DNA from: Camelus ferus
Lineage: Eukaryota
Reading direction: 5' to 3'
NCBI RefSeq assembly: GCF_009834535.1
Contig: NC_045707.1
Location: 64,234,001-64,298,000, forward strand
Length of the DNA stretch: 64,000 nt
The notes beneath the pieces are model-generated. The model searched no databases and was not told where the DNA came from. It saw only the letters and a program-made list of their open reading frames with translations. Shown piece after piece: positions 1 to 11,661 of this stretch. Position numbers and translations under genes: made by a program. Position 1 is the stretch's first letter, and the number at the start of each line of letters is the position of its first letter.

Positions 1-499
1 TTCCGGCACATCGGAACACCCCTTCATGTTACCTGTCAGCGGCTAGAGCTGCCTCTCCCCGACTTGCCAGAGCAGACTGCATACAGGTAGAACCCCACCC
101 AACTTTGTGCTCAGTGACGTTACGTTGGTAACTTGAAATCCACCGTGGTGGGAGTGTTTAAGTATTTACATCATAGAAACTGGCAAATGCTGTAAAATCA
201 AGGCTCTTCCTTCCTTCCTTCCTTCCTTCCTTCCTTCCTTCCTTCTTCCTTCCTTCTCCCTCCTTCCCTCCCTTCTTTTCCTTCCTCCCTCCTTTCTTTC
301 TTTCTTTCTCTTTCTTTCCTTCCTCCCTCCCTTCTTCCTTCCTTCCTTCCTCTCTCCCTCCCTCCTTCTTTCTTTCTTTTCTTTTCTTTTCTCTTTTCTT
401 TTCTTTTCTTTTTTCTTCCTTCCTTCCTTCCTTCCTTCCTTCCTTCCTTCCTTCCTTCCTTCCTTCCACTGGTGGTTAAACATTTACCAGTATACCAGT
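1..499 (+). mobile_element. MER63-like hAT-Blackjack DNA transposon relic (3' part), split by a microsatellite
   Basis: gtgacgttacgttggtaacttgaaatc...gtgggagt...tttacatcatagaaactggcaaatgctgtaaaatcaaggc and the terminal ggttaaacatttaccagtatacca resemble the recalled MER63 consensus. Confidence 0.7.
204..467. repeat. (TTCC)n/(TTTC)n compound polypyrimidine microsatellite
   Basis: About 260 nt of only C and T, with pure TTCC arrays at both ends. Confidence 0.97.
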
Positions 500-514
500 A
501 ACCTTTTCAGCAAT

Positions 515-960
515 ACCTCCCCAAAGAAAGGTAACCATTTTTCTGATTTCTATGACCATAAATTAATTTTGCTCCTTCCTGAACTTTCTATAAATAGAAA
601 GTAAAGTATGTACTCTAGCTTCTTTTACTAGCGTTTTCTGTGAGAGTCATCTGTATTGCTGCATGTCACCTTATTGTTATTGCTTAGCGTGCAGAAGGCC
701 CTGGGTTCAATCCCCAGTACCTCTTCTAAAATTAAATAAACCTTATTACCTACCCCCACCCACTAAAATCAAATAATTAAATAATACAATAATAAATAAA
801 ATGCATTTTTAAAAAAGAAACAGGAAAAACATCTTTTGGCACATGTACGTACTCATTTCTGGGTAGACATTCACCAGTAGAATTGCTTTGTCTACATAAA
901 CTGACATTAGATTTCATAGAGTCTGTTGGGAAATTTTATGAGTGGTTATACTAATCTATA
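515..960 (-). mobile_element. Old L1 (L1ME-like) 3' fragment, interrupted by a SINE
   Basis: ggtaaccatttttctgatttctatgaccataaattaattttgc...gaactttctataaatagaa is typical antisense L1M 3' sequence; it resumes at about 830. Confidence 0.6.
681..820 (+). mobile_element. 5'-truncated camelid tRNA-Ala-derived SINE (vic-1-type)
   Basis: gcttagcgtgcagaaggccctgggttcaatccccagtacctc (tRNA-Ala 3' half with B box), then ccttattacctaccccc and an A-rich tail. Same family as 46016-46140. Confidence 0.85.
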
Positions 961-1189
961 CTCATGGTAGAAAAGTATGATAGATTCAATTTCCTCTTCT
1001 GAGGAGGAGTACGAGGAGGCAGATCGAGTGGATCAGAGTAACCAGCAAGGAGTAGGCACTTGGGGGCCCCTGGGCTAGGTCGGGCGACCGACCCAGATCT
1101 GTGCTCCCCCATTGATGATGTGGATAACTGTCCTTCTCTGAGCACGTGTCATCTCCTTGGAACTATTACCAGAAACTACCTCATCATTT

Positions 1190-1370
1190 CTCTTTTTTCT
1201 TCTCACCACATCCGTATGAGGTAGATACTATTATTATCCTCATTTTGCAGGTAAGAAAATAGAAGTTTAGAGGTTTGGTAATTTGCCCAGAGGCAGACCA
1301 TTGGTATTCGGCAGAACTGGGATTCAAACCTTGACAGTTGCCTCTCAAACCCTGGCTGTGGATCTTGCTT
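1190..1370 (-). mobile_element. MIR SINE
   Basis: gaggtagatactattattatcctcattttgcag...ttgcccagagg...gggattcaaacc is the antisense MIR core. Confidence 0.8.
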
Positions 1371-1429
1371 TATTTGGCTTTCCTGTGGTATGTCTATTAA
1401 TACACGTACCATATTTTGTTCATGTGTTT

Positions 1430-1545
1430 GCCTCTGTGAATGTACTGCAGCTCCTTAAAGGCATCGATTGTTTCTTACTGCCTTTATGTCCCCAGTGCCT
1501 GTCACAGTGTTTGGTACATAATAGGCACTCACTAAACTGTAACTA
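1430..1545 (+). mobile_element. L2 3' end
   Basis: gctccttaaaggca...tccccagtgcctgtcacagtgtttggtacataataggcactc. Confidence 0.7.
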
Positions 1546-1549
1546 AAAA

Positions 1550-1780
1550 TAATACTCAGATTTATCAAGAGCTTACTATATGCCTAAAAATATTCTAAAT
1601 ACTTTGTATAGAGTAACTCATTTAATCCAGAACAACCCTCTTAGGTTAGTACTATTATTAGACCCATTTTTATAGAGGAAGAAATCAGGGTCTAATGAAA
1701 TTAACTACTTCTTCTCAGGTCAAGTAGCTGGTAAGTGGAGACAGATTTAGGCTTAAGTGACTCAAAACCTGTGTCCCTTA
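1550..1780 (-). mobile_element. MIR SINE
   Basis: aactcatttaatcc...aaccct...cccatttttatagaggaagaaa. Confidence 0.75.
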
Positions 1781-1921
1781 TGTCATATCATCTTGCTCTA
1801 CCCTAGAATGTTGTTGGGAGAAATCGATTAGGAAATGAACATGAATGTGCCTTTTGCATAGTCAGGCACATATTAGGATGTTTTATGGTAAATATTTTAT
1901 GGTATCAATTGTGCAAAGAAC

Positions 1922-2790
1922 TGTGTCAGTCAAGAAAGGCAGGAAAACAAAAACTCTTTTAAAGCTATTTCAAACAATGGAAATACAATACAAAGAATTG
2001 CTGTATTAGTTCATTCAGGCTGCCATAACAAACTACCATACACTGGATGTGTTAAACAACAGAAATTAATTTTCTCACGCTTCTGAAGGCTGGAAGTCCA
2101 AGATCGAGGTGCCAGCAGATTCAGTTCCTGGTGAGGGCTCTCTTCTTAGCTTGCAGACGGCCACCTGCTTGCTGTGTTCTCACATGACAGAGAGCTCTCT
2201 AGTGTCTCCTCTTATGAGGACACAAATCCTATCAGACCTGCGCTCCACCTTTATGACCTCCTTTAACCTTAATTACTTATTCCAAATACAGCCACCCTGA
2301 GGGTTAAGGCCCAAATATATGAATTTGGGGTCAGAGGCAGAGGGGAGACACAATTCAGTTCACAGCAACTGCTTGCACAGATGATGGAAAAGGTAAAAAG
2401 ACAAATGGGATGGCAGGGTAAGCCAGGGATTAGCAACAGTAGGATGTTGCTACCACCCTTAGGAGGATGGGTGGGACAAAGAAAATGTCCCAGGATCCAG
2501 GGGCCACCTGGTGAAAGATGGAACCATGGTGGGGACCCAGAAGAAGGACTCTCTTCCAGGAGTAGGAGACAGGAAGGGGACTCAGTGGCTACTGTCAAAA
2601 CAGACAAAAGGAGAAGTGTCCTGACTTCTTCACTCTCACCCTCTCCAATCTTTTGCCAGTGCCTCCCATTGACTGACCTCACCTAGAAGCCGGAAATCAA
2701 GAGAGCCTGGGAAATGTAGTTTCCTCTGATGCAAAGCAAGGCTGAGAAAAGCAAGGATTGAACTAAGCAGACTGTGAAGACTGCCACAGA
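1922..2790. mobile_element. Old MaLR LTR (MLT1N2/MLT1M-like), interrupted by MLT1A
   Basis: gattagcaacagtaggatgttgctaccaccctt and cagtgcctcccattg...gaagcc...gagcctgggaaatgtagttt resemble the recalled MLT1N2. Confidence 0.6.
2002..2367 (-). mobile_element. MLT1A/A0 solo LTR
   Basis: TG...CA termini; ggctgccataacaaactacca...ggctggaagtccaagatcgaggtgccagcag; 5-bp TSD attgc/actgc. Confidence 0.88.
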
Positions 2791-2962
2791 ACGGCAAATT
2801 AAGAGAGCCAGCACACAGCGGCTGAACATTTTGATTAAAAGGTATGAAAATTATAGAAAATAGAACAAATTTAAAATTTTCAAGGGAAGTTATGCAGTTT
2901 CCTGGATGCTTTCAGTTTTGATAAAAATTCAAAACATTCCAGAGATACAGAGGACTTTAGAG

Positions 2963-3108
2963 CAATTGTTCTTAACTGGGGGCCATTGGCCCCTCAGGGG
3001 CTATTTGACAACGTCTGGAAGACATTTTTGGTTGTCACAACAGGGAAAAGGGGAGTGTTACTGGCATCCAGTGGGCAGAAGCCAGGGATGTTGCTAAACA
3101 TCTACAGA
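2963..3108 (+). mobile_element. MER20 (hAT-Charlie), 3' truncated
   Basis: gtctggaagacatttttggttgtcacaac...tactggcatccagtgggcagaagccagggatgttgctaaacatc. Confidence 0.85.
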
Positions 3109-3179
3109 GCGTCTCTTTATCTACCACGTCTAACTGGTCTCTCCATCTTCTTGAGACTTCCATTGTATCTTCTCTCTTC

Positions 3180-3790
3180 CTCCTCCCTGTCGCAACCCTG
3201 ATTCAGGTCCTCGTCATTTCTCTCTTAAGATCAATGCAAAAATCTCTTGATGGGTTTTTCTACCTTTGTTTGTACTGTTTTCAAGTCCATTTCTCATTGG
3301 GCCACAGGAACGATATTTCTAAAATGCAGATGTTATGATGTAACTTTACTCTCCCCCAAGTTCAGAACTGACTACAAGGCTCTTAGTAAGAACTAATTTC
3401 CATCTCCTCTGCTCATCTGCAGACACTGCCCCGTTAGCTGCCCCATGAGCCTTCAACTCTTCTGTTATCCCTTCACGTCTTTGCTGTGCCCACTCCCTAG
3501 GCTGCAGATGACCTTGGTACTGATTTGGTTGGATTCCTTCAAGGTCTGGCTCAAATGTCAGTGAAGTTTTTCTGGATCCATCAGGACTGAATTAATTTTC
3601 CCATTCATCTGCATTTTCCCCTCGCACATTGTATCTAAATATCACTTATTCTAATGTATTTTGCCTAGTTTTTTGTCGCCTCCATGTTATCAGCTTCTTG
3701 AGTATTCCTGAGCTCCTGAGTTGCTTTTGTTCCCCAGACCCTGGCGAAGTACCTAGAATATGTCAGAGGCTCCGTGAAGTACATATTGTC
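3180..3790 (+). mobile_element. Degenerate L2 LINE 3' region
   Basis: Scattered L2 motifs (ttctaaaatgcagat, ggctcaaatgtca, gagctcctgag). Confidence 0.5.
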
Positions 3791-3869
3791 ATTAATATCC
3801 GTTTGAAGAAAATGATCCATTCTTACTTTATAAAGATCTTTCATAGATTGTCAATATTTTTATTTATAA

Positions 3870-4100
3870 TTATAATAAAAGTAATGTATATAGTGCTTAT
3901 TAGATGTTAGGTACTGCTCTAAGGAATTCACATATATGAACTCATTTAATTCTCAGAAGTCCATTGTTAAAAATTACTATCTTCCTTTTATAGATAAGGA
4001 AACTGAGTCACAGGGAGGTTGAGTTCCCCAAAATTATTGGAGCCAGGATTCAAATCCAGCTACCCTGGGTCCATAGCCTATATCCTTAAGCCACAACACC
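3870..4100 (-). mobile_element. MIR SINE
   Basis: aactcatttaattctc...tagataaggaaactgagtcacagggaggtt...ggagccaggattcaaatccag. Confidence 0.8.
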
Positions 4101-4644
4101 ATTGTATATATCTCTTGGGGAAAAGCTGATTTGTTTAAGAAACAGGGTTTTAGGTTCTTCCCAGAGTAGCAAAATTGCAGAGGGTAATACCAGAACATCA
4201 GAGTAGGCTGATGTATTGCCGTGAACCCAAATGGAGTGGTGCCCTTCCCATCAGCCTTATGCTTTTTGCACACCCCCATCGTAACGTTTATCTCTCTCTC
4301 TGTCTCCAGACTTTGTTTCCATGCCTCCTGGCTTTATCTGATCAGGAACAATTAAGGCAAGAAATGTGTCTTTTTTAACTTTATGTCCTACCCACACATA
4401 GCATGATACCTCCTGACAAATGCTTACCCAGCCCATGTTTAGTAAATGAAAGAATAAGAAATAGTGCTTGCATTTTAAAAGACATTAGCATGGCCACATC
4501 TGTAAATGGAAGTTGACAAGTCCTGTGACTTACAATCAGTTAGCTTGACTCCAAAAATACCTGGAGGTTAGAATAGCCTGTCCTTTTTCCTGAGAAAAGA
4601 GTTTGTCTAGTTACCACTTTGACCTCCTCTTTTATTACAAGGAG

Positions 4645-4900
4645 CAATGATTAAGAGCTACAGAGCCTGGAGTCAGATTTGTCCCAGTTCCCTTCATGGA
4701 TTCACTGTCTAGTAGTTGAGTGACCTTCGGCGTGTTACTTCCACTCTCTGTGCTTCAGCTGAAAAACAAGGATAGAAAGAAATCTCTGTAGGGCTGTTGT
4801 GAGATTAAATGAGCTGACCAATGCATGTAAAACATTTGGAACATATAGAACAGTTAGTACTCAATAAGTTTTAGTAGCTATAATATCATTATTATTATAA
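4645..4900 (+). mobile_element. MIR SINE
   Basis: ggagtcagat...agtgaccttcggcgtgttacttccactctctgtgcttcag...gggctgttgtgagattaaatgag...ctcaataa. Confidence 0.8.
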
Positions 4901-6494
4901 GAATAAATAGACCTGACATTAGCATTTAATTACTCACGTATCAAGTTTTAGTTCCGATTATGAAGCTTCTTTACACATTGAATAAAGTTTGGGGCCATCA
5001 GGGAATTCATCTTCAAAGATCTGAATTTCTGAAATGGACTTTGACACCAGTTCCTTCACGGAATGATAAATCTGCTCAGAATCTCTTTCCAAGACTGCTC
5101 TCCAGCGATCATGTTAAGCAATGGAACCAAAAAGACAGGGAGGGATAATGGGCCAGGAACTGAACCCCAAGGAATGACAGACAGTAAATGAAAAGGAGTG
5201 TAATCCGGGAATCATTGTGATGCTAAACAGTATGTGTTAAAGGGAGAGACAGCTCAGTCAGCTTTCCCGGTAAGGTGAGGTGAGACCTGAATAAGTCATG
5301 TCTATTTAATGCAATCTGAGCATCAGTTGTGGCAAAGCCAAGAGCAATAACTAACGGAGGCGAAGATGACATTGCACCTGGCTCACGAAATCTCCAAGAG
5401 TAATTTGTGACACTATTTCAAGTGATTCCAATAGAACAACTTGTTCTCTGCAGAAATTGTGATTTGGGGAAACAGGTTAGGGGCCATGGCAAAATTTGAG
5501 ATGGAAGTGGTTAGGAATGTTATAAACATGCAAGAAGTCATTAAGAAGTTTGTAACTGGAAGCCGTAATAACTGGCAATTGGACCTCCTTTTTTTTTTTT
5601 TTTTTTGTAATAAGCCAAAAAAAAAAAAAAAAAAGCTTAGTCTAGAGACAGGAAAGTCGAGAAAACTAAACCCAATAAATACTTAGAAATAAAATGAGTA
5701 TCAAATGTGTATCATGAGCATTGGGATGTGGTGAGTACTTGTTGACCTGGAAAAAGCAGAATCTCATGGGTCTGGAAGCTGCTCTGTGCAACGCTGGCTA
5801 AACCCCCAAAACCTTTTTCATCCTTGTTAATTATCCCTCGGTGGTTTAAAATCCTGGACTTTGGGAAGTACTTTGCAAAGATCTAAAGATCTGAAAATCC
5901 TTAGATAGAAAGCAAATTTCTGATGGAAGAACCAACTTTCCTGTGAAGCATCCAGCCAAAAAGTCTAAAAATATCTTGGAAACAACATATATTTGAGAAA
6001 TATAAAATAAATTCTTTTTTCCCTACTGCCCAGAATACTCTTATGTATAATTATCCTTTATCTTTAATGGTTAAATGGTAGTAACGTATGTCCTGGTTAA
6101 AGAATAACAACATCAAAAAAAAGCTTGTATGTTTTTAGTTCCAGGAAAGGGAACACGGAAGGAACACTGTTGGGATTAGGAGACCTACTAAGTCTCCAAA
6201 GAAAAATGGCTGTTCGAATAAGCTTGTCTGAGATGGCTGGATTAAATTGCAATGTTGCATTACCTGTGGTTAAAAAAAAAATCTTGGCAAGATAATTAAA
6301 ATTCCTTAGGCTCCTTACCCAGTCATCCTAGGAATAGGAAAGACCATATCATGCAGAGGAGGAAACTGGGGGAGGCACCAACATTTATTTAGTAGATGCC
6401 AGCTATTTGTCAAGTTCAAGGCTAGGCTCTTTACATACCTTATAAGTTGATCTCAGTAGCAATGCTTGGATCCTATCCCTAGAGATTTTGAATT

Positions 6495-6500
<6 letters not shown>

Positions 6501-6538
<38 letters not shown>
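6501..6538. repeat. (TG)19 microsatellite
   Basis: Perfect dinucleotide array. Confidence 0.98.
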
Positions 6539-6542
<4 letters not shown>

Positions 6543-7878
6543 TGAATTCCATAAAATTCCTCAGGCGCGTCCCTCAGAGCACCTGTGTGCCACCTACAAT
6601 AACAGGATCAAGCAAGAAACTCACCCAGTAATTCTGAAAGATTTTCCGCTCTTGAGCCGGTGGACAAACCTCATAAATTTAACAGTAGGCCTTCCATGGG
6701 TTCCATCTCAGCTCTTAATTCAGAGTGGAATTTGGGCTGGCTGATCAGTTCTGCCTTCCTAGAGACTGGCTCTAGTAATTCATAGATCATCTCCCCCATG
6801 TCTGGTAGCAGAGACTCTAACAGTCTTGCATCGAAAGCAGGGAACATTCTATCTTCTGCTGTTCCATGTGGAATGGGTGTCTTTTTTTTTTTTAAAGACT
6901 TGAATCTTGGCCTCAGGATGCCCGTGGAGTAAGATGCTGCAGCCTGTGTTATAAAGCCTCCAGCGTTTGGCTTAGGATGGGCTAATGGCCCACGTCTTTC
7001 CTGAGATTTGAACCATACTGCCTCACCCCAGCCCAGGTCCTCCCATCCCCATGCCTCTGATGAGGCTTCCATGGTCCAAAGATTTGTGTGAAGTTGCCAC
7101 ATGCACAGCCACTAGCCTGTGGACAAAATGACCAGAAGCAGCCACCACCCGCCAAGGTCAGGCTGCAGCAGTTAAATTGCAGTCACACCATGGTTAAAAC
7201 CCTCTTGGCATTCTATGCATAAGGCTTTTATGAGTTGCCAAAGAAGCATTCCCTCCCCACACATTCAAGTCCACCGTCCATGAATCCAGGGCCTGCAAGA
7301 ATCCTCTTGACATGTTATGTGGGTTTATAAATTCTACTCCCAGTTTTATTTCTCTGCGCTGAAAGCACATACACCAGAAGCTGGGTTTGAGAACATATTC
7401 TCCAAACCGTAAAATCCAGCCCTGGGGTGAGGTATCCAAGACACATGCTGGCTTCCAAAGTGGGGAAAGGAGGAATGAAGCCAAGCAGGCCCAGTTTATT
7501 CATCTCCAGTGTACTGTCAGATGAATCACTCTACCCTCCGCGGGGAGGGGAGGCCACGGGACAGCTTGGTGTTGAGGAGGGGCCGGGGAGGGCATGCTGA
7601 GGGCCTTTAAGAGTTAAATCAACAGCTCCCTGAATAAGGAAGAAATATCAGAAATGAGGAAGAAGCACTTTTCTCTAACAAGGCTCATTTGAAAGAATAT
7701 ATTTTTAAAATTTTATTTATTTTTTGGCTTAGATTCTTTTCTTGCAGTGTTACCGAGATAAAATTGACAAACGGCAGTGTAGACGTCGAAAAAATATTTA
7801 TTTTAAAACTGTATTGTTTTAAGCTCCTACTTGAAGAATGGTATATATTTAAAAAAAAAAAAGAAAATAACCTACAAG

Positions 7879-8325
7879 TGTGAGGTTTTTAAAATGTGTC
7901 CACAGATTCTCTGCTACTCCTTCCTCCAAAGGGAAAGCCCAGTTCTGCTCCCCCTGGTTGTGGGGACTCAGTGACTCACTTCTAATGAATAGGAAGTGAT
8001 GGAAGTGACCGTGTGTGACTTGTGAGCGGAGGTTGTAAAAAGCATTGTGTCTTCCTCCTTGCCCTTGAACGGCTCTCTGGGGGAAGCCAGATACCAGGTG
8101 GTGAGGACACTCAGGCAGGCCTATGGGGAGATCTAAGTGGTGAGGAACTAAGGCCTCCGGCCAACAGCCTGTGAGTGAACCATCTTCAGTCTTCTGGGGA
8201 AGCAAATGCCCCAGCTCCAGTCAGGCCTCCAGGTGACTGCAGTCTCCTTCAACAGCCTGACTCTCTTGATGAGAGACCCTGAGCCAGAGCTCCCCAGCTA
8301 AGCCTTTCTCCAATTCCTGGCTCCA
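7879..8325 (+). mobile_element. MLT1F1-like MaLR LTR
   Basis: tgtgaggtttttaaaatgtgtccacagattc...gtgactcacttctaatgaatag...gaggaactaaggcctccggccaacagcc...gagaccctgagccaga. Confidence 0.8.
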
Positions 8326-8349
8326 AATTTTTAATTTTAATTTCACCTT

Positions 8350-8850
8350 TTTCCTGAGACTAACCTGGTCCTCCTGCAGTCCCAGTTCATGACTACTTTA
8401 TTTTTCCACTTGCTCAGGCCAAATGTCTTGGAGTTATCTTTGCCTTCTCTTTTTCTCTCGCACCCATGATTGACTCCACCAGCAAACCACACTGGTTCTG
8501 TCTACAAAGTATATCCAGTGGTCACACTCCCTGGTTCGCGGCAACATTACCACTCACCTACATGGTTACAAGAGCCTCCCACCTGGTTTCCCTGCCCTTC
8601 TGTAGAGCAGTCCTTCTGAAACACTCACACGGGGCGTGTCCCTCCTCTGATGGAGTCCCTCCAAGGGTTCTTGTCCAGGAAGGCTGAAGGCTGAAGGCTG
8701 TTATGGTTTCAGGACACTACATGGCTTAGCTCTCTGACCTTCTCTCCCCTCACTCACCCGCCCCCAGTCATATGGGCCTCCTTTCAGTTGGCCAAGAGCC
8801 TAGAAACAGCACACAGTGAGCACAATGTCAGCTGAATCAGCCAGAGTCTG
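8350..8850 (+). mobile_element. L2 fragment
   Basis: ttgctcaggccaaatgtcttggagttatctttg...ccaccagcaaacc...ttctgtctacaaagtatatcc. Confidence 0.6.
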
Positions 8851-9037
8851 AGCTATACTGTTGCTTACTTAAGCACATACAACAAAGACATTGTGAGAGC
8901 TCGAATTTGAATTCTGAACTGCTTGGCCCCAGACCTATGTACCCTATAATCCCTGTGCAACTTTTCTTTGACAGTAGTTTTGTTTTTTCTTTAAAATTGT
9001 AATTCCTTTTCTTGTATCTTTAACCATTAGTAATAAA

Positions 9038-9197
9038 TTTTTTTCATTTTTTCTTCTGTTTTAAATTGAAGTACAGTCAGTGACAGTGTGTCAATTTCTG
9101 GTGTATTGCACAATGTCCCAGTCATGCATATACGTACATATGTTTGTTTTCATATTCTTTTTCATTAAAGGTTATTACAAGCTATTGAACATAGTTT
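9038..9197 (-). mobile_element. Short 5'-truncated young (camelid-type) L1 3' end
   Basis: Close reverse complement of the 3' end of the + strand L1 at about 28505-28665; T-rich tail on the left. Confidence 0.85.
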
Positions 9198-11325
9198 GGT
9201 GTAATATATTTTTCATTATCTTTCAGATAGTTCTCGCCATTTCTTGGGCCTCTGTTTGTGTGTTGGCCCTTACTCAACTCTTTCCTCATTGTTTGTTTGT
9301 TTGTTTGTTTTTTCCCTGTGAACATCTCTTTGGGCTTTGGCTTGTGGGAGCTTTTCAGGGAGCGCATCCATCTGAGACAAATTGCTATATTAATCTTGGG
9401 GCTTGGGTGTTTTTAGATGATTTTGGTGGCATACATTTCAAATTTTAACATTCCCTAATAAATGCAGTTCCAAATTCTCAAGGGACACTTTGGACTCCCA
9501 GATCCTAAAAGGGGACAACCAGCTCCCCAGCCATATCTCTCTGGGTGAATTTGGACCAGCCCTTCTCTGTCTTTCTTCCTTTCTACTCAGAGTGCAGCAC
9601 GTGGAGGGTCACGGTTTCATGCGGGAGTTTCAGCTTCACCCTCCCACTCCATCGGTCCCTGGCATCACCTTTAATCCCATGTCCCAAGTGCCAAAAAACC
9701 AGTAACACCTTCAGGGCATTAGCAGAATCAGACCAAACACTTGCTTTCTGGTTTTATGGGTAAAATTCAACTCCAAAGAGGCCTCTTTTATGAATCCTTC
9801 GTGAGCTCTTTCCTCATCCCTTGTTCATTTTTGTAGATCTTACCTTTCCTGTCCTAGGTAGACCTGTATTTGTATTTACCTCATTCTAATGTAAAATGTA
9901 AAAAAAAAATTATTTGTTTAAATGTCTGTGTCTCTGACTAGTGAGATGTTCAGGACTGTGGGGTCAGGAATTGTATCTTATTTATCCTAGTATTTAAACC
10001 ATCTGGTGTAATACATAACAAATTATTAGTAGTCAATAAATTCAATAAATATTTTGGAACACATGAATAAAAAAGAGACGATAAGAAGCCTATCTCACGG
10101 GAAAGTAAAAATAAAACCCTCTGTCCCTATAGTGTATTGTGTCTTTCATTCCTTCCCTTTGCTGCCATACAGCAAAGTATTATTCAGTCACTTTGGGACT
10201 GTAGTACATGTATCTTTTTCCCTTACAGTTTGTTTCCCTGAGTTACATTAATTGTGGCTTCTCCAACTCCGCCTCCTCCCTATGCCTTCTCCCTATGTTG
10301 TCTCATAAGAAATAAAATTAAAAACTCGTAGAACACTAAGGATATTTCTTCCTTGGAAATATGTAAAACAGGCACTTCCTAAAATATAAAGTTATATAAT
10401 TACCCATGTAAACAAAAAATGATAGCTAGAAACCGTAATTTTCAATGAAAGTCTTTTTGGGGGGGGATATCATAGTCTTGCTGAATTGCATGGGAAGAGT
10501 GTATTTGCTACCTCAATGAGCAATTACCTTTCAAGCATACTCATTTTATGACTGTTCAGAATTATTTAGAAAGCTAAGTTACAGGTCAAGTAGAAATTTC
10601 CACGAACTGCTCCACTATGGTTCATTTATTACCATCCTCTTGGAACTTGACCCTTTGAGAGGGGATAAAAGGTTCAGGAAATAGGAATAATTCCATTTAT
10701 TCCCTTAGTAATCTTATCAATGGGTGGTGTCAGATGAAAAGAAGAGCTAATATTTTTGAGAATTGAAACATTATGCTCTGACTCCCAACGGAAATCCAGG
10801 ACTACAGGGATCACCTTGGACATGATTGTGAAGTCCGAAATAGCTTCCTACATCCTTATTCATAAGTTCATAGTCAATAGCTTCCTACTTACTTATTCAT
10901 AAGTTAAATCGTAAGTTGATGGCTAGTAAACATAGTGAATAAATGTAAGTAAATGTATAGTCACTGGGCAGCCAGTTAAAATTTATTTGCCTGGACATCT
11001 TGCTTGATTATCATTCGAAAGTATAGTTAGGATAAAAATAGAATCAAGCTAGCCTGGTTACTCTTCTTGTGACCACAATAATATATATTTTAAATGTTTA
11101 TTTTAAATAAATAAAGTGCTTTTTAGGATATAATGGAGTAAATATTCAACTCCTCTGGCAAAGATTAGGAAGATGATAGTGTTGTGATATCATTAAATGA
11201 ACATACAATCTGAACAATATTTGGCAAAGAGAAGAGGTTTGGCTATGAGCATTTAATAGACATGCAATACACTTGTTGATGGTGTTAATGTGAGCAAAAT
11301 CAGTTTCTCCGTATTTAATATAGAG

Positions 11326-11661
11326 CAGGCATAGACAAACTATAACTTTCAGGTCAGACCCCACCCTCATATTACTCTTTTTTGTATAGCCTATGAGCTA
11401 AGAATGGTTTTTATCTTCTAAATGGTTGGTAAAAAACAAAGACTAATAATATGTTTTGACACGTGACATTATATGACATTTAAATTTCAGTGTCCGTAAT
11501 AAAGTTTTATTGGAACACAACCCACCCAGTTGTTATGAATTGTCCATGACTGCTTTTGTGCTAAACGGTAGATTTAAGTAGCTGCAGCAGAGACCATCTG
11601 GCTCGTAAAGGCTAAACTAATTACTCCCTGATCTTTTACAGAAAAATTTTGCCAAGTCCTG
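11326..11661 (+). mobile_element. MER58B (hAT-Charlie MITE), near full length
   Basis: cagg...caaact to ttgccaagtcctg termini; tgagctaagaatggttttt, aaatttcagtgtccgtaataaagttttattggaacac; degenerate 8-bp TSD atatagag/gtgtggag. Confidence 0.88.

Noticed and set aside
158..483. Two ~100-aa K/E/R/G-rich ORFs
   Set aside because: They are translations of the (GGAA)n microsatellite strand, which cannot contain stops.
6139..6147. Isolated TTCN3GAA STAT motifs here and elsewhere (e.g. about 40153)
   Set aside because: About the number expected by chance in 64 kb.
10839..10905. CRISPR-like repeat
   Set aside because: Only two copies, a 7-nt spacer, mammalian context and no cas genes.
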